DNA of 49,238 bases, taken from Candidatus Hadarchaeota archaeon (lineage in GTDB: Archaea; Hadarchaeota; Hadarchaeia; Hadarchaeales; Hadarchaeaceae). Location: assembly GCA_964446015.1 (NCBI GenBank), contig CAYUMT010000002.1, forward strand, positions 1 to 49,238. The letters run 5' to 3'. Every line of letters begins with the position of its first letter. Position 1 is the stretch's first letter. Shown in pieces: positions 1 to 7,535 of this stretch. The position numbers and the translations under genes are program-made. The notes below the pieces were generated by a model, which saw only the letters and a program-made list of their open reading frames with translations, was not told the DNA's origin and searched no databases.

Positions 1-53
1 AATACTTTCGGTTACCCCTCCTCGAAAATCGTCTGAAGACGTAAGGCGATTCT

Positions 54-1170
54 ATGTGTAGGACGGTGAGATTTATTAACCATTTATCGGGATCTTCTTG
101 CCAAAATATAGATGGAATAAACCACCCAGAGTTTGCAGCATCATATCAGACAATAAAACAATCAAGGTCCTTGAGAGAAGTCATTAATGCTCTAGGCTTC
201 GATGGTACCAGAGAAGTTTTCTATGGGATTTATGTAAACAAGGGCAAGAGCATGGAGGAAATGGCGGAAGAATTGGCTAAGGATTACAGGACTATCAATA
301 AATGGATTAAAAAACTTGGAATCAAACCTATACCGTACAAAGCCCCAAGTCATCTGCCAAGGCTTGTTCTAGAAACGCCGATGGAAAGGACGAGATTGGT
401 TGTCGTAGATGGTAAGCATGTGAAAATGTTATCGATCCATTTAACCGATGAACTTGCTTATCTCATAGGTTTTACAATAGGCGATGGCTACGTACGTGAT
501 AATGGAATCGAGCTTTGCAATACTGAATTCGGTCTTATAGATCCTCTCCTTTCTATTTTGAGCAAAGTTAGCATGGAGCACGGCGGAAAGATAGGTATCC
601 AGTACAGGGAGTTTAAAACTGGTAAGGGCATGGATCGGGAGGGCGCATACAGCTACAGAATCTGGTTCAGCAATTCCAACATAGCAAGGTTGATAAAAAC
701 AGACAAAAAATGGAGGAACGACACTGGAATTATTGTTGGCCAATAAACTTGGGTACTTTTTAGCAGGATTTTGGGATGCAGAGGGCACAGTGTGGTACTT
801 CGTTGGAGAAAGGTTGCTTGTAGAAGTGAAGCTGTGTCAGAATAAAATTAATCTTGAGTTAATCAAGAAAATCAGTAGAAGTTTGGATAATTTGGGAATC
901 AAAACAAGTTGTCAATTATCTCATAAGAAAAATAAGTTACGCTATTTTTATGGTAATCCCCGTAGAGCTAAAGAAAATGTGTACATACTGCACGTTTTCA
1001 AGGAGAGCGTTCAGGATTGGATTAGATTAGTTGGGCGTAACATGTTACATCCCAAAAAGGCGAGTAGGATAAAGCAACTCGAAATGCTAATGGAGAAAGA
1101 AAGTTTAAAAAGGTCAAGATCGATGCGATCAGTTTATTCCAATAATGGGATTACATCTGCAAAAATATAG
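54..1170 (+). pseudogene. Free-standing double-motif LAGLIDADG homing-endonuclease-like gene, split by a frameshift (ORFs 54..746 and 733..1170)
   Basis: Each ORF carries one LAGLIDADG-type motif (LAYLIGFTIGDGYV in ORF1, LGYFLAGFWDAEGTV in ORF2), the two halves of a single-chain enzyme. ORF2 is in the +1 frame relative to ORF1 and begins at a TTG. The frame change must fall in 694..746, which contains an A6 run at 705..710. There is an HTH-like N-terminal segment (MEEMAEELAKDYRTINKWIKKLGI). Confidence 0.7.
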
Positions 1171-1838
1171 CTAATAAATTCGGTCACAGTGGATCTACTA
1201 AAAAGCGTAACCACGGAATTTCTGGTGATCCCGACCGTGAGCCCCCGTTTTGCCACTTCAAATACGCAATACCAGAGCTTGCCCCTTTCCAGATAATCAC
1301 GGTAGAGCTTAGTATCCGCCAGCCCTGAGCCGGCCAAGGCCAGCTTCCCAACGTTCGGAATGTCAACCTCGTCGAACCAGATAAGCTTAGTAGCATGGGG
1401 GTTTGATTCATGTAGGTCCCTGAGGGTATCATTGGTGATTTTCGCCTCCACTATCGCCCCTGTTTTTATGAAGACTATCTCGCTGAGCTTGTTCGCTATG
1501 TAGTTCGTGAGTAGCTTCTTTACCCCCCTAGCCTTCGAGGGCGCGAGCACTATAAGGAAAGTTCGTCTTTTGTATCGTTTTATCCAGAAAGGGCACTCCT
1601 CCGTCACTAGGGTCTCGACCAGACCGCGCTTGTAATAGCGGCTGATCACGAAGTCCTTGCTGAAGATTCCGGAGAGCGAATCTTCCTCCATTTTTAGCTC
1701 TATTATTTCGGTCGAGAGTTTAGATGTTTTTCCGCCTGATTCATGGGGCTCTTCCTCCCTGAAACCCTTTAGCTTACGAGCGATAAGCGACAGCTCGGTT
1801 GGCTCCTTCAACTCGAAGATTTTCGCGACTAGTACCAT
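1134..1838 (-). CDS. Hypothetical protein (about 234 aa), divergent from the SMC-like operon
   Basis: Long ORF with protein-like composition. The track start at 1928 is a TTG. The ATG at 1838 (MVLVAKIFELK...) has a G-rich stretch upstream, so I prefer it. I recognise no family motif. Confidence 0.5.
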   Translation of the reverse strand: MVLVAKIFELKEPTELSLIARKLKGFREEEPHESGGKTSKLSTEIIELKMEEDSLSGIFSKDFVISRYYKRGLVETLVTEECPFWIKRYKRRTFLIVLAPSKARGVKKLLTNYIANKLSEIVFIKTGAIVEAKITNDTLRDLHESNPHATKLIWFDEVDIPNVGKLALAGSGLADTKLYRDYLERGKLWYCVFEVAKRGLTVGITRNSVVTLFSRSTVTEFISYIFADVIPLLE

Positions 1839-1999
1839 ATGTGTGCCCCAAAGATTTAGTGCATGAGACTTAATGAAGCTCGTAGCAGGTGTTTTATTAA
1901 CTTTTGTGTTTTTAGCGCCTGATTTCAATCGGCAAAGACCCTAAATGGTGGGACACTTTTAAGTTTAGCAGCCAAATATCTATGGAAGGAGCTTAGTTT

Positions 2000-3916
2000 A
2001 TGCCTAAAGTTACTAGCGCCCTAGTCCGGGAGATAATACTCGAGAACTTCATGAGTCATGAGTATTCTAGGATCCCGCTTAAAGCCGGGCTGAACCTAGT
2101 AGTCGGGCCAAACGGTGCTGGTAAGTCATCGATACTTCTCGGGCTGGCAGTTGCATTGGGCCAGACCTATACCGAGCGCTCTCGCAGGCTCGGTGACCTG
2201 ATCCGGAGGGGCAAGGACCTCGGGCGCGTCAGCGTAGTTTTCGATAACGCTGTCCAGGGTGGCAAACGCCCCATAGCGAGCGTCAATTCCGACACAATCG
2301 TCCTCTCCAGGTACCTAAGCAAGGACGGAAACTACTGGCATGAGGTGAACTCGAGAACATCAACAAAGGGTGAGGTCCTGCACCTTTTATACAGGCTCTC
2401 GATAAACCCGGACAACATGCTGATTATAATGCACCAGAGCATGATCGATGTGTTCGGCGCGATAGATACGAAAGAAAGGCTGAAGTCGGTTGAGGAGGCT
2501 GTCGGTCTGAGGGACTACCGGGAGACAATTCTTGAGGCTAGGGAGAAGCTGTCCCACACCCTGAGCGAGGAGGAGTCGACCCGCAGCCTGCTAGAGAAGG
2601 CGAATGAAACTCTGCGATACTGGGAGGGGGAGTACCAGCGGTTCAAGCGTAAACAGGAGCTCGCATGCAGAAAAGGGGAGTTGGAGCTCGAGCTCGCGTG
2701 GGCCAAGGTCATAAAGCAGTCGGAATCTGCGGAGAACTCCCGTTCAAAGTTGGCCGAGCTGAAGAAACAGCTAGGGGAGATAAAAGTTGACCTGAATAAA
2801 AATTCTAAACTAGAGGGTAGACTCGAAAAAAATCTGAAGGAGTTAGAGTTTGAAATAGACTCCACCTATCAGAGGCTTATAGAGCAGGAGCGGGCAAATG
2901 CTGAGGCGGAGGCCATCGGTAAGTTGCTTGCGGGGCTGAAAAACTCGTTGCTGGGAACCAAGGCCAAGTTAGGCGACTTCGTTAAGGGTTTGGATCCAGA
3001 TTTAAGGCGCGCGCGCGAAGGGGTCACGAACTCCAACGAGCGGATTAAGGAGACCAAGTCCAAACTTGTCGAAATAAAGGGAAAAACCGAGAGTTCCAGG
3101 AAGTCATACATTAATTCCAAGGTAAGGGCAGCAGTACTCGGGCTAAAGAGCGAACTTCTAGAGGGGGAAATCTCAGAGGTCCAGTCCTCGCTCAGAAATC
3201 TAATGAGGGAGCTCGAGGGGCTCGAAAGGGAGGCGAACGAGGTTGGTCCCAAGGTAGAGACTAATCGCAAGCCTCAGGAAGTTCTTGACGAGCTGAAGAT
3301 CACCAACGCGCATCTAATGGGCCTTGCCGATGTTTCCCCTGATGTCGAGCGCATGTACACCAGCTATCAGAACACGCTCAAGGAGCTCCAGGCTAAGGCC
3401 GAGATCGCCGCGGCAAACCGCAAGCGCGCCCTGGAAGAGCTGGAGCTCAGGAAGCAGAGGTGGAAGAGCGAGTTGAACAAGCTGCTGAGGGAGGTCAGGG
3501 TTAAGTACGTGGATATATTGAAACGCGTCAGCGCATCTGGCGATGTGCGCCTTTCGAACCCAGATGATATAGATGAGGCGGGGATTGAGCTACTGGTCGG
3601 CTACAGGGGGGCGGAGCCGCGGGTGCTGGACGCTCAGACGCAGAGCGGCGGGGAGCGGACGACGGCGATAATGTGCTTCCTGCTGGCGCTCCAGCAGCGG
3701 ATTCAGTCGCCCATCAGGGCGATAGACGAGTTCGAGATACACATGGATCCCAAAAACCGCGAGCAGATGATGAGAGAGATACTTGGAATGATGCACGGCG
3801 AAACAGCTCAGTACATCATCATCACGCCCGGGCAACTCGTTGACGTTGAGATGGTTCCGAACGTGATAACGGTCCAGAATATATCTGGCTCTTCCAGCGT
3901 GAAGGTGGCTGCGTAG
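2000..3916 (+). CDS. Short SMC-like ABC ATPase (638 aa) with coiled-coil arms and no recognisable hinge or zinc hook
   Basis: Walker A GPNGAGKSS near the N-terminus. Q-loop-like IIMHQSMIDVF. C-terminal signature QSGGERT followed by Walker B/D-loop IRAIDEFEIHMD. About 350 aa of E/K/L/R-rich heptad-like sequence lies between the head halves. No CxxC hook and no roughly 150-aa globular hinge. GGAAGGAG lies upstream of the ATG. Confidence 0.85.
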   Translation: MPKVTSALVREIILENFMSHEYSRIPLKAGLNLVVGPNGAGKSSILLGLAVALGQTYTERSRRLGDLIRRGKDLGRVSVVFDNAVQGGKRPIASVNSDTIVLSRYLSKDGNYWHEVNSRTSTKGEVLHLLYRLSINPDNMLIIMHQSMIDVFGAIDTKERLKSVEEAVGLRDYRETILEAREKLSHTLSEEESTRSLLEKANETLRYWEGEYQRFKRKQELACRKGELELELAWAKVIKQSESAENSRSKLAELKKQLGEIKVDLNKNSKLEGRLEKNLKELEFEIDSTYQRLIEQERANAEAEAIGKLLAGLKNSLLGTKAKLGDFVKGLDPDLRRAREGVTNSNERIKETKSKLVEIKGKTESSRKSYINSKVRAAVLGLKSELLEGEISEVQSSLRNLMRELEGLEREANEVGPKVETNRKPQEVLDELKITNAHLMGLADVSPDVERMYTSYQNTLKELQAKAEIAAANRKRALEELELRKQRWKSELNKLLREVRVKYVDILKRVSASGDVRLSNPDDIDEAGIELLVGYRGAEPRVLDAQTQSGGERTTAIMCFLLALQQRIQSPIRAIDEFEIHMDPKNREQMMREILGMMHGETAQYIIITPGQLVDVEMVPNVITVQNISGSSSVKVAA

Positions 3917-3918
3917 AT

Positions 3919-4710
3919 ATGTACAGCGATCGTCAGGAGCTGTTGCTGCGAGTGGTGGACCTGTGCGACTCGGTTAGGAAGCGTGGCTTGGACCCGTTCG
4001 ACGTAGAGGTCCACGAGTTCTTCGACAGGCTGAGGGAACTCCTACCCAAGCTTAAGAAAAACGAGGAGCTCTATATGGACATCCAAGCTGTGCTTGGTCT
4101 GGCTGATGTTGTATTCTATCAGAGCGAATGGATTAAGTACAAATCCTCGATGCTATACCTCGACCCCCTGCTAATAATGCTCAAACTTTACGCCCTCCCG
4201 CCTAAGGATCTAGCTGAGGTGCTCGTTCGCGCGTGGCATCCAATAATCGATATGGAGAGCCTCTCGCCGCCTGGAATCAGAGACGGCATGGACTACTGGC
4301 GCAACCTGCCCGCGCTCGACGAAAGAATGCGGGATTTAGATGTTACTGAGGTGATGACCGGGGAGATCGCCCGCAGAGAGCTCGCCCGCATGGGGATACT
4401 CACCGAAGAGGACTTGACTACACTTTTAGATAGAAACTGGAGGGAGTTGAAGGACGCGGCCGGCGAGCGCGACGCGATTTCTTACTGGGATTTTATCCAC
4501 AGCAAAAGTTTCGAGGAGACGGTGTTGAAGGCCTGGATAGTCAGCTTCCTCGTCAGCTACGGCTACGCCACATTGGAAGTCAAACCGCTTGAGGAGGAGA
4601 TAACCCTCAAACCATTAGCTAAGCCGCAGGATTTGGAGCACGTAACGACCTTTTCAGTGCCCATATCAATCGCTCGCGAGGATTGGCTCAGGAGGAATAA
4701 GCGTGGCTGA
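3919..4710 (+). CDS. ScpA-like kleisin subunit
   Basis: The ATG lies 2 nt after the SMC-like stop codon. The N-terminal ELLLRVVDLCDSVRKRGLDPFDVEVHEFFDRL resembles the ScpA N-terminal LDLLLxLIxxxxxDIxDIxIxxITxQY pattern. The C-terminal KAWIVSFLVSYGYATLEVKPLEEEITLKP resembles the ScpA C-terminal winged helix (FLAxLELxKxxxxxxxQ). At 263 aa it has ScpA-like length. Confidence 0.65.
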   Translation: MYSDRQELLLRVVDLCDSVRKRGLDPFDVEVHEFFDRLRELLPKLKKNEELYMDIQAVLGLADVVFYQSEWIKYKSSMLYLDPLLIMLKLYALPPKDLAEVLVRAWHPIIDMESLSPPGIRDGMDYWRNLPALDERMRDLDVTEVMTGEIARRELARMGILTEEDLTTLLDRNWRELKDAAGERDAISYWDFIHSKSFEETVLKAWIVSFLVSYGYATLEVKPLEEEITLKPLAKPQDLEHVTTFSVPISIAREDWLRRNKRG

Positions 4711-5311
4711 GGATCAGGATGTTGCCGAGGTTCGTGGGAAACTGGCGCGAGCCGCCCAGCTCCTGCTGTTCAGACACCATATGCAGCCCGGGACCAAGGC
4801 GTGGGAGCTGAGACGCGCGCTCGGGAGGGATTTCCTGCAGATAGTGAAGCTGCTGGATGTTGAGCTGGAGAAACTGGGTCTGACGGTCAAACGCGTGAGC
4901 GAGGGCGAAGAGGATTCTGAGTCGGACCGATACTTCGTCACCCTGCGCGGCCATCCCAAGCTCACGGACGCTCGGACTTTCGGGTGGCGCATAGACGACA
5001 TGGGCATGCTGACCGTTGCTCTGGCCCATATTCTATCGAAGCAGGGCAAGGCACCTCTGAAGGAGATCGAGCGAATACTTCAGGAGAAATTCCCCAGATG
5101 GCGCGTGGAATCCACGATTGATCGGTTCATCCGCCGTGGGTATCTGTCCGAGGATGAACAGGGGCTCTTGTATCTGGGATGGCGGGCACGGGCTGAAATC
5201 GACCAGAGGACATTGCTCGGCCTTTTGCTTGGAAAGGAGAAGTCAGAGGAATCAAAGGCCGAGCCCGAAGCTGAGGTACCAGATGAAGAAACCCAAAAAA
5301 AGATGGAGTAA
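4703..5311 (+). CDS. ScpB/MAGE-like tandem winged-helix (KITE-type) subunit
   Basis: The GTG start overlaps the kleisin stop by 8 nt. There are two consecutive winged-helix-like modules: LARAAQLLLFRHHMQPGTKAWELRRALG...LGLTVKRV and MLTVALAHILSKQGKAPLKEIERILQEKF...FIRRGYL. The tail is acidic. Size (202 aa) and layout fit ScpB/Nse3-like KITE proteins. Confidence 0.55.
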   Translation: MAEDQDVAEVRGKLARAAQLLLFRHHMQPGTKAWELRRALGRDFLQIVKLLDVELEKLGLTVKRVSEGEEDSESDRYFVTLRGHPKLTDARTFGWRIDDMGMLTVALAHILSKQGKAPLKEIERILQEKFPRWRVESTIDRFIRRGYLSEDEQGLLYLGWRARAEIDQRTLLGLLLGKEKSEESKAEPEAEVPDEETQKKME

Positions 5312-5368
5312 ATTTATTCAAAAGATTAATAACAGATTGATTTTATTTTATCGTGAGAAGGTCGGACA

Positions 5369-5884
5369 ATGGTCCTTACTGGGGACAAGAAGTTAATCGC
5401 GCCGTGTGGTCTGTATTGCGGTACATGTGCATTCTATCATAAAAGCGAGATAAGGAAGGCGGCCCGGCGTTTGAAGGAAATGCTGGATGGGTTCGAGCGA
5501 ATAGCAAAAATATATGAAAAGGTAGCTCCTGAGTTGAAGGACTACCCCAAGTTCATGAGGGTCATGGAATATTTCGGAAGGCAGGATTGTCTGGGATGCA
5601 GGTTTGGTGGGGGCAAGGAACATGGTGCGGCATGCATGCCAGAAACATGTACAATGGTCCTATGTCCGACGGATAAGGGACTGGACTTCTGTTATCAGTG
5701 CCCTGACTTCCCCTGTAAGATAATTCCCTTTACAATGAAGAAGGCCAAGAATGAGGGCCTTGTAGAAATTTGGCTCAAGTGCAACAGAAGGATGAAAAAG
5801 ATTGGGTTAGATAGGTATCTCAAGGAGAAGAAGACTGAGCCCAGATATGGGATTAATAAACGCATCAAGGCGAGAAAGCCTTAA
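5369..5884 (+). CDS. Cys-rich DUF3795-like protein
   Basis: N-terminal CGLYCGTCAFY motif and further cysteine clusters (CLGC, CxxxxC, CYQCPDFPC), typical of the DUF3795 family as I recall it. Confidence 0.6.
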   Translation: MVLTGDKKLIAPCGLYCGTCAFYHKSEIRKAARRLKEMLDGFERIAKIYEKVAPELKDYPKFMRVMEYFGRQDCLGCRFGGGKEHGAACMPETCTMVLCPTDKGLDFCYQCPDFPCKIIPFTMKKAKNEGLVEIWLKCNRRMKKIGLDRYLKEKKTEPRYGINKRIKARKP

Positions 5885-5930
5885 AAAACACTTTAAAATG
5901 GGTTCAGACTTGGGGAAATTTCCCATCGCA

Positions 5931-6317
5931 TTAATAATAAGATCTGTTTTTCAGGGTTCGAATGGTAAGTATATGCAGGGTAACGCCAACAGCCACGAGC
6001 ATCAAGATTATGGCGATAAAAAGATCATGAATTACTAAAGCCGAAATTGCTATCGTCAACCATAATAAACAGATTGTAACAACTTTAACTTTTAATGATA
6101 TACCTTTACCCTCACGATAGTTCTTGATATATCTACCAAAGCGCTTGTTGTTCAATAGCCAATCGTAAAACCTTTTGGAACTTCTAGCATAGCACGCCGC
6201 AGCGAGCAATAGGAAGGGGGTGGTTGGTAGGAGTGGCAAAAATATGCCAACTATCCCGAGCCCCGTAAAAAAAGTTCCAGCGATAATCAATACCCACCTG
6301 GTTAAGGTTTTGGACAT
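5931..6317 (-). CDS. YbaN/DUF454 family inner-membrane protein
   Basis: 128 aa with a GIVGIFLPLLPTTPFLLLAAACYARSSKRFYDWL motif and four hydrophobic spans. Confidence 0.75.
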   Translation of the reverse strand: MSKTLTRWVLIIAGTFFTGLGIVGIFLPLLPTTPFLLLAAACYARSSKRFYDWLLNNKRFGRYIKNYREGKGISLKVKVVTICLLWLTIAISALVIHDLFIAIILMLVAVGVTLHILTIRTLKNRSYY

Positions 6318-6420
6318 CTAGTTTACTCCCTTGGGCCATGGACATAAAGACCTCTATTTTTCTATAATAAATTTTTTCAACTATCGCGCAGTGTTTACTT
6401 GACTGTGACTAGGCCCTAAT

Positions 6421-7185
6421 TCAATGCAGTTCAAACTTATGTAAAATCTTCTTCTCAACCTCGGCTATCTCCGCGACGACCTCGATGTACTCACCGAGCC
6501 CAGAGTTCTTGATCCTTTTGCCGAGCAACTCATCTACCTGAAAGATGCCGGCTGAGTTTGACATATTTATCTTTATCATAACCGGCTTTTTCTCCCCCTT
6601 CATAACTTCCAAGCTTTCGATCGAAAGAGCCGAGACCGAGTGGATATCTATTTTTCCCGCGTCAAACGGTATTCTTGCCCTTCCTCGGGCCATATCCAAG
6701 GCGTCTGCTATGCAGAATATTCCAGCCTCCTTTGTGAGGGCTGGCTCCCTCGAGTAATGGGAGACGATTGCGTGTAGAGTTTCGGAAATTATTATCGTCC
6801 TCTCCTCTGTCGGGTAGTCTGAAAGTAATCTATCGAGAATTGGGTAGGATATAGCTGCGCTAAAATATTGATGATCATAGCGCTGCACCACCATCCCGAT
6901 GTCGTGAAGGATCGATGCGAGGAAGGCCACGATCTCAGAGTATTCCTCAGAAAGCTTATAATCCCTCACGACGCCTGGCATTTCCACATTTTTGAGCAAG
7001 TGGCAGAGCTTCAAAGCGGCGTTTGCGACTATCTTAGCGTGCGTTGAGCCGTGGTCCGTAAACCCGAGGCGGTCAATCGCGACGATGTTTGCGCAACGCC
7101 AAAATGTGTTTAGTTCTTCATCTTTCTCTATTTTGAGGATCAGCTTCTTGAGCCTCTCATTTTTTGTTGGAATGTTGAATTTCAT
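6421..7185 (-). CDS. HD-domain phosphohydrolase
   Basis: H...HD signature: HGSTHAKIVA followed by ASILHDIG. Confidence 0.7.
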   Translation of the reverse strand: MKFNIPTKNERLKKLILKIEKDEELNTFWRCANIVAIDRLGFTDHGSTHAKIVANAALKLCHLLKNVEMPGVVRDYKLSEEYSEIVAFLASILHDIGMVVQRYDHQYFSAAISYPILDRLLSDYPTEERTIIISETLHAIVSHYSREPALTKEAGIFCIADALDMARGRARIPFDAGKIDIHSVSALSIESLEVMKGEKKPVMIKINMSNSAGIFQVDELLGKRIKNSGLGEYIEVVAEIAEVEKKILHKFELH

Positions 7186-7535
7186 CTTACCGTGATGATA
7201 TGAGTGGACAGTTATTTAGCCTTTTAAAATTTCGATCGGACTAGCGAACCTTAAGCTCGAGCTCGAAAGTGGCCATTTAGCAGTTGTGGGGTGGGATTTA
7301 CTACCGGCCACAGGGTCCGGATAATGGGTCTCAAAATTAATCTACTTAATTTGTAATTGTAAAACTTTAAAAGCACAGTTTAGATATTTTCATCCAAGTT
7401 TAATTGAGGGGTATCGGTTCTAGCGATGGCCGCGATACTCGGGCCAATCTGGGTCTATTGGGGACTTAAAACTGCTCGCGAGTGGGAAAAGAAGAGGGGA
7501 AGGTTCAAGAAACAAGGGCACTGACTAGGAATGGC

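Noticed and set aside
1839-1928. Extended N-terminus (TTG start at 1928) of the divergent hypothetical gene
   Set aside because: The start is a TTG with no ribosome-binding site, the extension is K/T/N-rich, and it would leave only 71 bp for two divergent promoters. I prefer the ATG at 1838 but have not proven it.
2515-3270. Antisense ORFs 2515..2865 and 2869..3270 inside the SMC-like gene
   Set aside because: Both are S/L/F/R-rich and low-complexity, the mirror image of an E/K/L-rich coiled-coil coding strand. The sense frame has clear ATPase motifs.
7192-7198. GTGATGA (C-box-like) just upstream of the HD gene, considered as a C/D box sRNA
   Set aside because: No CTGA D or D' box within the following roughly 80 nt and no C' box, so a single heptamer is not evidence.
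7426-7524. 32-codon ORF MAAILGPIWVYWGLKTAREWEKKRGRFKKQGH in the 350-bp HD-Lhr spacer
   Set aside because: It is a plausible mini membrane protein, but it has no clear ribosome-binding site, lies on the opposite strand to both neighbours, and is too short to support without conservation or expression data.
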